Notes under the pieces: generated by a model
Seen by the model: only the letters and a program-made list of their open reading frames with translations
Told to the model about the DNA's origin: nothing
Database searches by the model: none
Made by a program: the position numbers and the translations under genes
DNA from: Chthoniobacterales bacterium
GTDB lineage: Bacteria; Verrucomicrobiota; Verrucomicrobiia; Chthoniobacterales; JACTMZ01
Direction: 5' to 3'
NCBI GenBank assembly: GCA_049315725.1
Contig: JBMOJP010000004.1
Span: forward strand, 1 to 53,367
Length of the DNA: 53,367 bases
In this document: positions 17,161 to 23,938 of the stretch, in pieces
Numbering within the stretch: the first letter of the stretch is position 1
Layout: each line of letters starts with the position of its first letter

Positions 17161-17544
17161 TCACGTGACTGCTACTGGCAATGGGCCAGCGGCGACTAAC
17201 TTTTTTTTCCGTGAATCAACAGTAAGATTCAGACCTTCGAGGCTTCTAGCTCCCAATAATAGCATGTCACCCTTCTCTGCAAATACTACCTCGTCGACAG
17301 TGAAGAATTTATCGACTCTAACTATAGCAAATCCAACGCTTCGCGTAATTTGCTGGCCGTTCGCCATCACAAATGCTAAATCCTTCTTCTCTCTTTTTAT
17401 ACCCAGTTTATCTAGCGTGGCACCCGCTACCCACGTATACTCACTGCCAGTATCAACTAATAATTTAGGTATAGAAGTCCCCTTGTCTCGATCAGAGACA
17501 TTCTCGATTTTTGCTCCAACATAAAATGTGCCCATATTTTTCAA
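17161..17544 (-). CDS. retropepsin-like (clan AA) aspartic protease, integron cassette ORF
   Basis: 127 aa with the LLVDTGSEYTWV active-site motif (DTG). AT-rich. Confidence 0.7.
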   Translation of the reverse strand: MKNMGTFYVGAKIENVSDRDKGTSIPKLLVDTGSEYTWVAGATLDKLGIKREKKDLAFVMANGQQITRSVGFAIVRVDKFFTVDEVVFAEKGDMLLLGARSLEGLNLTVDSRKKKLVAAGPLPVAVT

Positions 17545-17582
17545 ACTACCACACAGAATTTGGTGTGAAAAGTCATTTTTCG

Positions 17583-17710
17583 GCCGAACGTCCGCGATCA
17601 GATATCCCCACTTGCTTTTGGCATCCGAGCCTGCTCCGCAGGCGAAATGCCAAAAGTGCCGAAGGCATACGATTGCTGTCTGAGGATGAAGTGATCATCG
17701 AGGATTCGAC
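17583..17710 (-). repeat. attC-like site with module-A hairpin
   Basis: GCCGAACGTCCGCGATCA ... TGATCATCGAGGATTCGAC outer arms. Inner 10-bp stem CTTTTGGCAT / ATGCCAAAAG. Shares CCCACTTGCTTTTGGC...GCCAAAAGTGCCGAAGGCAT with 16476..16535. Confidence 0.5.
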
Positions 17711-18252
17711 TCAATGTGGGTCAGGGGTTCGGTGGTCTGGTTTGTTGAACTAAGCCGCTGCGCGGCATGTTGATGAAGGGGTTTGGTTGGGTGTGGGGTG
17801 ATCGGGAGGTGTGGGAAGGTGGTGGTTCATGAAGACCATCCGAGAACCAGAGCACGCCCGTCGCGCCCAAGCCCGGCTGGCTTTGCCCCTGCTGCGGCGC
17901 GGCCATGATCCCGCTCTTGCGCCTGCCCGCCCTCTGGAAAACCGGACGCGCCCCGCCGTCTCCGCTTGCTCACGCCGCATGATCACCCGAACCAACGCGA
18001 CCCACCCAGGCCTTGCTGCAACGAACGGCAAAGCAGCGCACCCGTCGTGTCGGCGACCGGGGATAATCGGCCCAACTGGGCCTTTATACACTCAATGGCC
18101 GCGCCATCCCTTGGGGCAAAATCCTCTCCGGCAACGAAAGGGCCAATATCCCGCCGCGGCTTGCGGCCAAAAATGGAACCAGCCGCGCCTCTCGGCCGCG
18201 CTCCCCCAAACATAAGAAGCAGTAGCCCGCCCCACCTCCGTCCCTCGGGCTT

Positions 18253-18318
18253 GTTCAACCAGGGGCGCAGTCAAAGCCTCCGCTACGCTCCGGCTTCGCT
18301 GCACCCTTTATCGTTTAG
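18253..18318 (-). repeat. attC-like site (about 66 bp)
   Basis: The cassette strand reads CCTAAAC-GATAAAGGGTGCAGCGAAGCCGGAGCGTAGCGGAGGCTTTGACTGCGCCCCTG-GTTGAAC, ending in a GTTRRRY-conforming core. It begins immediately after the stop of ORF 18320..18805. Confidence 0.45.
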
Positions 18319-18319
18319 G

Positions 18320-18805
18320 TTATTTCGCTTGGAAAGAATCGACGTGCTTTCGAAGGACGTCTGAAACGGCCTTCCATTGGGATTCTTTTGCCGTTGCAGT
18401 GACCAAGTATACTTTTCCTCGCGTTGAAACAGCACGAGCATAGTAGTGAAGAGCATTCCCTTGCATTGGGCCGGTGTATTCAACAATCCATTCGTTGTCC
18501 CCGCTTTGCTTCTCCGAGATGATAGTCACATTCATTTGTTTGAACTGGTCTTTCGACATGGCAATGTAACTCGTGATCGTTCCTACATATGGTTGAATGT
18601 TAACATTTATGTTCGGTGCAAATCCATCCTCCGTAGGTAAAAACGTCAGAAGAGCGGTTGTCGCTGTGGCAGCGGATGGTTGTGCATCAAGGGCCTCAAT
18701 TGCAAAGCCATATTGAGGTAGCTCAACAGGTGCTGCGGTTACATGGGCGGTTATAGCCGCGCTATAAAGAGCGGCTCCTATCAGTGCGATGTGTTGTTTG
18801 GTCAT
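18320..18805 (-). CDS. secreted hypothetical protein, first integron cassette ORF
   Basis: 161 aa with a signal peptide (ALIGAALYSAAITAHVTA-AP). AT-rich. No family recognised. Confidence 0.55.
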   Translation of the reverse strand: MTKQHIALIGAALYSAAITAHVTAAPVELPQYGFAIEALDAQPSAATATTALLTFLPTEDGFAPNINVNIQPYVGTITSYIAMSKDQFKQMNVTIISEKQSGDNEWIVEYTGPMQGNALHYYARAVSTRGKVYLVTATAKESQWKAVSDVLRKHVDSFQAK

Positions 18806-18840
18806 AAAGTGGTGTTGGTAGGGGAATGCGACTTATTTTT

Positions 18841-18901
18841 TCCGAACGTATTTTAGAATGATATGTAAACTTATCGGAAAAACATGATATCATGCTAAAC
18901 C
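18841..18901. other. putative attI region / divergent promoter region
   Basis: TCCGAAC (18841..18847; GTTCGGA on the cassette strand) lies 54 bp upstream of the intI start. Direct repeats ATGATAT at 18858..18864 and 18884..18890. Confidence 0.35.
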
Positions 18902-19714
18902 ATGAAAACTGACATCACAAGTCGTGCGCAGAAGGTGTGGGAGGAGCGGTGGGCGCGCTTCGCGTTGGGGTTGGCCCGCCGGGGTGTAGATCCGCAGAAG
19001 CACGAGTTTTGTCGTGCTTGGGTTCGCGGGTTTGTGGCTTTCATAAAGCCGAAGGGGTTTTCAGAAGCGGGGCTTGAAGACGTGGAATCCTATTTATCCA
19101 AGTTGGCGGCCTCTGGCAAGAAGGGATGGCAGGTCGCGCAGGCCGGGGAGGCGTTGCAGGTGATGTTCGGTGAGGTGGACCCGCGGGCGTGGGCCAATCC
19201 CTGGCCTGAGACGTTGATCGCGGCGGCGAGGGATACTTTGGATCGCACCGAGCCGGCGGATTTGCCGCGCGGGCCGGTGGGCGACGTGACAAGGTTTGAG
19301 GGTCGGACGGATAGCGGCGAGGTTCCGGAGAGGTATGCGGGCTTTCTCGATCAGATTCGCGAGGCCTTGCGGTTGGAGCGGTATTCTTACCGCACGCAAC
19401 AGACGTATGCGGGTTGGATCAAGCGGTTTCTCATCTTCGCCCAGCCGATCTCGCGCACGGAGATTTTGTGGGGCGCTGCGCAGGATTACTTGGACTATCT
19501 CACGCTCGTGCGGCGGGTTTCGGGATCGACCTTGAATCAGGCCTTGAGTGCGCTGCAGTTTCTGTTCCGCATCGTGCTGCGTCAGCCGGCCGGCGGGCTG
19601 GGTGAGGTGAAGCGGCCGCCGCGGTCGCAACGGCTGCCGACCGTGTTGGGCCGGGAGGAGGTGCGCTCCTTGCTGCAGGGGATGCAGGGGGCGGGGTTGC
19701 TGATGGCCGCGTAA
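18902..19714 (+). pseudogene. intI: integron-integrase-like tyrosine recombinase, N-terminal fragment (two SAM-like core-binding domains)
   Basis: ...ERYSYRTQQTYAGWIKRFLIF...SGSTLNQALSALQFLFRIVL...RLPTVLGREEVRSLLQGMQGAGLLMAA, then TAA where the LLYGxGxR catalytic region should begin. Confidence 0.7.
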
Positions 19715-20082
19715 AAGGCTTCGCCTCACGCGGTGTTTGTGTGAGGTTTTTTGGCTGTGTTTTATGTGTATGTTTTGCACTCGGGGCGGGATGACGGTTT
19801 ATAAATTGGCTTCACGGGCGACTTGAGACGCCGCTTGCAGGAGCACAAGGATGGCAAATCGCTTGCCACCTCGTTCCGAGGTCCGTGGACTCTGATTTAT
19901 TATGAGGCTTATGCAGAGCAGGCGGACGCGGAGGGGCGTGAACGATATTTGAAAAGCGGTTCGGGCCGAAGGTTTTTGGACAAGCAGCTTGTTCACTATT
20001 TCACGCGACACCCGCGACGGCTTGGCGGCTCCCCCAACATTCCCTCCTCTCCCCCAACCGCGTGAGGGGAACCCTTTTACGC
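19709..20082 (+). mobile_element. 374-bp GIY-YIG mini-element bounded by 25-bp terminal inverted repeats, inserted in or replacing the intI core
   Basis: The left IR is GCGTAAAAGGCTTCGCCTCACGCGG (19709..19733). The right IR is CCGCGTGAGGGGAACCCTTTTACGC (20058..20082). They are complementary at 23/25 positions. Confidence 0.55.
19751..20065 (+). pseudogene. GIY-YIG nuclease family (UPF0213-like) gene with in-frame TAA at the Tyr of the YIG motif
   Basis: Hand translation gives ..FYVYVLHSGRDDGL*IGFTGDLRRRLQEHKDGKSLATSFRGPWTLIYYEAYAEQADAEGRERYLKSGSGRRFLDKQL... The stop codon is at 19802..19804. Confidence 0.6.
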
Positions 20083-20086
20083 GGGG

Positions 20087-20191
20087 ACGGTGCAGGAATT
20101 ACTCGGGCACGCGGACGTGAGCACGACGATGATTTACACACACGTTCTCAATCGTCCGGGCCTGACGGTGCGGAGTCCGTTGGATGGGTGA
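20087..20191 (+). pseudogene. intI: integron-integrase-like recombinase, C-terminal fragment (box II with catalytic Tyr)
   Basis: [34 protein letters not shown], in the same reading frame as the N-terminal fragment. The ...VRSPLD ending is typical of IntI. Confidence 0.65.
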
Positions 20192-20416
20192 GGCGGGACG
20201 AGGAGGGGAATTCTGGAGGGGAGCGAGGGCTTCCAGCCCGCTCTTGCCGGCATCCTGCCGGGAAGATAGCTGGAGGACACTGCCTCAACGGGTGCGCCGG
20301 GCAGGATGCCCAATACCGTTTACTTAAAGAGGTTTTATCCGCAGATTCACGCAGATGAGCGCAGATTAAAAAAGTGCAACAGTCTTTTTGTCAGCTATGT
20401 TCGTCACCACGGTTTC

Positions 20417-21592
20417 ATGCCGACGGATCCCGTCAATTCCCTGCTCTCGCCTGCGATGATCGCGGACCTCTGCCGCCGTGCGGCGGCGCCGGCGCGCCCG
20501 GTGCGGGAGGCGCGGCTGCTGCGCGATGGGGACGAGGCGTTTCCTGCCATGCTTGACCTCATCGGGGCGGCCCGGCATTCGGTTTGCTTCGAGAATTCCA
20601 TTTTCGCCGGGGATGCGACCGGGCGGCGTTTTGCCCGCGCCCTGGGCGACGCGGTGCGGCGCGGGGTGGAGACGCGGGTGCTTTACGATCCGGTGGGGAC
20701 GATGATGGTCAAGGGCGGTTCAGCCGCCAAATGCCTCGCCGCCGAGGGCGTTCCGGCGCGCGCTTTCCGTCCGGTCTCACTGCTCAGCCCCTTAACCTGG
20801 GTGCGGCTGCGTCATCGCGACCACCGCAAGAGTCTGATCGTGGATGGGGACACGGCGGTGGTGGGCGGGCTGTGTATCAGCGACAATTGGGCCCCGCGGG
20901 CCCAGGGCGGGCGGGATTGGCGGGACACAGCGCTGCTCGTTCGCGGTCCGCTGGCCGGCGATGTCGGCACGGCCTTCGAGGCCATGTGGCGGCGGGCCGG
21001 GGAGGTCGAGGTGCCGGTGCCGGCCGCGGCGGACATCATGCCACCCCCGGCACCGTGCGGCCTCGTCGCCGCCGACCAGCCGGGGGCGCACCATGTGGCG
21101 GGGCTCTACATCTGGCTGGCTGCTCACGCGCGGGAGAGTCTGGAAATCACGGACGCCTACCTTGTGACGCCCGAGCCGGTGGTCGCGGCGTTCGAGGCGG
21201 CGGCGCGGCGTGGCGTGTCCGTGCGATTTCTCCTCCCGGGCAGCAACAATCATCCGTTCGCCGCGGCCTCGGCCCGCCGGCGCTACAGCCGCCTGCTCGA
21301 CGCCGGGGCGCGCATCTACGAGTGGCGCGGGATGATGGTCCATGCCAAGACGGCGGTGGCGGATGGCGAGATTGTGCTGGTCGGATCGAGCAATCTGGAC
21401 ACGTTGTCGATGACGCGGAATTACGAGCTCAACCTGATCGTGGCCGACGCGGAGGTCGGCGCGAAGATGCGGGCGATGTTCAGCCACGACCTGCACGGGG
21501 CGCGGGAGATCCGGCCGGAGCAGTGGGCCCAGCGGCCGTTCTGGCAACGGGCCGCGGAGAGCGCGGCGCGCCTTTTCGATGACAACCTATGA
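20417..21592 (+). CDS. phospholipase D-family protein / cardiolipin synthase-like (two HKD motifs)
   Basis: HRKSLIVDG and HAKTAVADG...GSSNLD motifs. Internal Met of ORF 20306..21592. Confidence 0.8.
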   Translation: MPTDPVNSLLSPAMIADLCRRAAAPARPVREARLLRDGDEAFPAMLDLIGAARHSVCFENSIFAGDATGRRFARALGDAVRRGVETRVLYDPVGTMMVKGGSAAKCLAAEGVPARAFRPVSLLSPLTWVRLRHRDHRKSLIVDGDTAVVGGLCISDNWAPRAQGGRDWRDTALLVRGPLAGDVGTAFEAMWRRAGEVEVPVPAAADIMPPPAPCGLVAADQPGAHHVAGLYIWLAAHARESLEITDAYLVTPEPVVAAFEAAARRGVSVRFLLPGSNNHPFAAASARRRYSRLLDAGARIYEWRGMMVHAKTAVADGEIVLVGSSNLDTLSMTRNYELNLIVADAEVGAKMRAMFSHDLHGAREIRPEQWAQRPFWQRAAESAARLFDDNL

Positions 21593-22492
21593 GCCGGTCG
21601 CCCCGCCGATGCGCATGACGTGGAAGATGCCCGTCTCGTCGCGGTAGAATCCGCGAATTTTCGGAATGGCTGCGGGCAGTTTCATGATCGAACTGGCCAG
21701 CCATTGGTCAAAGCGCGCGGAGGCCTCCTCCTGCAACCTTCCATCGGGGGTGAAAATCTCGGTGAACGGCCGGGTCAGCGCCGCGTATTTCTTCGCGTCC
21801 ACCCGGGCTTTCTCCACCCGCCGCGGATCATAGACGGAAACCCACCATCCGCCGTTGGCCCCGGAGCCGGTCGGCGGGGTGATCTCGAAGACGAGGGTTC
21901 CGGCGGATTTCTTGTCCCCGCGGAGGGAGAGGGAGTAGAGGGTGGAGATTTCCTCCCGCGTGTTGAGATGCCCGGCCAGAAACTCGCGGACCATCTGGTG
22001 GTATCTGTCGCTGCGGCCGCGCTTCCCGTAGATGCCGAATTGGATGGCCACGGGATCGTCGGGATTGCCGTAGATATTGAGGATGCCGCGGAGGTTCACG
22101 TTGAAGGACAGATAGGGCACGTTGCGCAGGGCGCCTTCGGTGAAGCTGGCCGAGGGCGCCAACTGGACCCGCCAGACCGCGTCATGGTCGCGAAAATCGT
22201 GCACGATGGCCTGCCAGGACGGGAGCTTGCCCTTGGCCGTGACGGCCGCGACGTAAACCTCATTGTCCGCCTCCTCCTGGATGCGGCTGATGTCCGATTT
22301 GGGGATAACACGTTCGCCTGCGGCGGTCTGCAGGAGCACGGAGTTGGCGTCGTTGCGGAGGATGAGGCCGCGGAGGGTGGTTCCGTCCTTCATCTCGATC
22401 CGGTCTGTCGCCGGGGGCCTCGGTTGCTGCGCGGTCGTCGCCCCCGCGATCGCGAGGAAAAACAGGCCGGCCAGTTGAAGCTTTGCGAACAT
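21587..22492 (-). CDS. secreted hypothetical protein
   Basis: Signal peptide MFAKLQLAGLFFLAIAGATTAQQ. Normal genomic codon bias. No family recognised. Confidence 0.5.
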   Translation of the reverse strand: MFAKLQLAGLFFLAIAGATTAQQPRPPATDRIEMKDGTTLRGLILRNDANSVLLQTAAGERVIPKSDISRIQEEADNEVYVAAVTAKGKLPSWQAIVHDFRDHDAVWRVQLAPSASFTEGALRNVPYLSFNVNLRGILNIYGNPDDPVAIQFGIYGKRGRSDRYHQMVREFLAGHLNTREEISTLYSLSLRGDKKSAGTLVFEITPPTGSGANGGWWVSVYDPRRVEKARVDAKKYAALTRPFTEIFTPDGRLQEEASARFDQWLASSIMKLPAAIPKIRGFYRDETGIFHVMRIGGATGS

Positions 22493-22517
22493 GTCTCCAG
22501 TAAATAGGCTTCGGCGC

Positions 22518-23846
22518 ATGAAGCAAGCCGCTGCTCGGGTCATGGTATTGGCCGCCTTGGGCTTGGGCGGATGCGTCACTCCGCCCCCGCCCTACCATCC
22601 GCCGGCCCAACCCGTGGTGACCAGGCCCTTGCCGAAGGAAAAGTTCTGGTGGGGCACCTCCACGGCCAGCTACCAGAACGAGGACCGGGGTGTTGCGCCG
22701 GGCTCGCCCATGTATTTCCAGACCGACTGGGATGCCTATGGCAAGGAGGGGCTGGCGCCGATCCGCGGCGATGACGCGGTGTTCTCGTGGAGCCGGTTTG
22801 ACCGGGATCTGGCCGCCTTGAAGGAGCTCGGGGTGGACCATTTCCGCTTCGGCGTGGAGTGGGCGCGGATCGAGCCCAAGCCAGGCGTGATCAATGAGGC
22901 GGCCCTCGCGCAATACGTCAGCATGGCCCGGCAACTCCGGGCGGCCGGCATCGAGCCGGTGGTGACGCTCTGGCATTTCACGTTCCCGGATTGGCTCTAC
23001 AACCCGAAAGACAAGGCGCACTCGAATTTCCTGCACCCTGGTGCGCCGGAGGCATGGCACCGGCACGTGGAGCGGGTGGCCAAGGCCATGGCGCCCTACG
23101 TGAGGATTTACGTCCCGCAGAACGAGCCGAACGGAGCTCTCCAGCTCGGGTGGATCGCCGGACACTGGCCGCCGGGGCTGCTGCTTCACCCCTTCGGCTA
23201 CAAACGGGCCATGCGCATCGCGGCCGACATGTTTCGCGACGCCGCGGCCGTGGTCCGTCGGGAGCGGCCGGACGCCGTCATCATGGGCATCTATTCGCTG
23301 CCCGATTGGCGGAAGGCCAAGGGGTTGGTTGACCCGACCCGGTTTGTCTACAATCTGGTGCAGCGGCAGAATTTCGACCACCTTGACATGGTGGCCGACA
23401 CGATGGACATCGTCGGGGTCAACTACTACTACGCGCAGGACGCCAGCCTGCTGCGCTTTCTCAGCCGGGGCCATGGCGAGATGTCGTCCAACTACACCCA
23501 GCTCGGCTGGGAGATCGTGCCGGAGGGACTTTTCAACGTCCTGACCACGGTAAGTAAGCGCTACGGCAAACCGATCGTGCTGACCGAAAACGGCCTGGGC
23601 ACGCAGAGCGAGCGCAAGCGCATCCGCTATCTGCGCGAGCACATCGCGCAGATGCGCCGGGCCATGGCCGCCGGGGTGGACGTGCGCGGCTACTTCCCCT
23701 GGACGCTGGTGGACAACTACGAATGGAAAGAGGGATGGCACGGTCAGTTCGGCCTCTTCTCCTACGATCCGAAAACGAAAAACCGCGTCCTCCAGCCGAC
23801 CGGACGCTGGTTCTCCGCCTTCATCAAGTCGCACCAGGATCCTTGA
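22518..23846 (+). CDS. glycoside hydrolase family 1 beta-glucosidase, probable lipoprotein
   Basis: Lipobox LGLGGC. FWWGTSTASYQNE, acid/base NEP (VPQNEPNG) and nucleophile LTENG motifs. Confidence 0.8.
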   Translation: MKQAAARVMVLAALGLGGCVTPPPPYHPPAQPVVTRPLPKEKFWWGTSTASYQNEDRGVAPGSPMYFQTDWDAYGKEGLAPIRGDDAVFSWSRFDRDLAALKELGVDHFRFGVEWARIEPKPGVINEAALAQYVSMARQLRAAGIEPVVTLWHFTFPDWLYNPKDKAHSNFLHPGAPEAWHRHVERVAKAMAPYVRIYVPQNEPNGALQLGWIAGHWPPGLLLHPFGYKRAMRIAADMFRDAAAVVRRERPDAVIMGIYSLPDWRKAKGLVDPTRFVYNLVQRQNFDHLDMVADTMDIVGVNYYYAQDASLLRFLSRGHGEMSSNYTQLGWEIVPEGLFNVLTTVSKRYGKPIVLTENGLGTQSERKRIRYLREHIAQMRRAMAAGVDVRGYFPWTLVDNYEWKEGWHGQFGLFSYDPKTKNRVLQPTGRWFSAFIKSHQDP

Positions 23847-23938
23847 GCCTTGCCGTCGCACTCTTGCCTGCGCCTCTTGCTCCGTGGCAAGATGCAGATC
23901 CGCAGTCGGGCCCGCTGGACGGGCATCCCTGAAGATTA

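Larger units (their letters stand above)
15851..20191. mobile_element. putative sedentary chromosomal integron: disrupted intI, attI-like junction and about 5 minus-strand cassettes
   Basis: IntI-like N- and C-terminal fragments on the + strand. Divergent AT-richer cassette ORFs on the - strand are separated by attC-like palindromes with GCCGAAC/GTTCGGC-type cores. The island is flanked by the core genes asd and a PLD/cls-like gene. Confidence 0.6.

Noticed and set aside
17811-18215. ORFs inside the GC-rich cassette (17811..18215(+), 17966..18364(+), 17750..18091(-), 17983..18258(-), 18092..18304(-))
   Set aside because: They overlap mutually and are Arg/Pro/Ala-rich. They have no start context or recognisable domains, and some run through the attC-like sites. 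I kept the region only as an unexplained segment.
16440-18320. Possible CRISPR array, because similar sequences recur at intervals
   Set aside because: The repeats are imperfect palindromes of different lengths (66-160 bp), not short identical direct repeats. The intervening segments are 380-670 bp and contain ORFs with start and stop codons, and there are no cas genes. An attC interpretation fits better.
19802-19804. Programmed readthrough or recoding of the in-frame TAA in the GIY-YIG ORF
   Set aside because: I see no recoding signal, and the host gene (intI) is also destroyed. A simple nonsense mutation (TAY to TAA) in a decaying element is more parsimonious.
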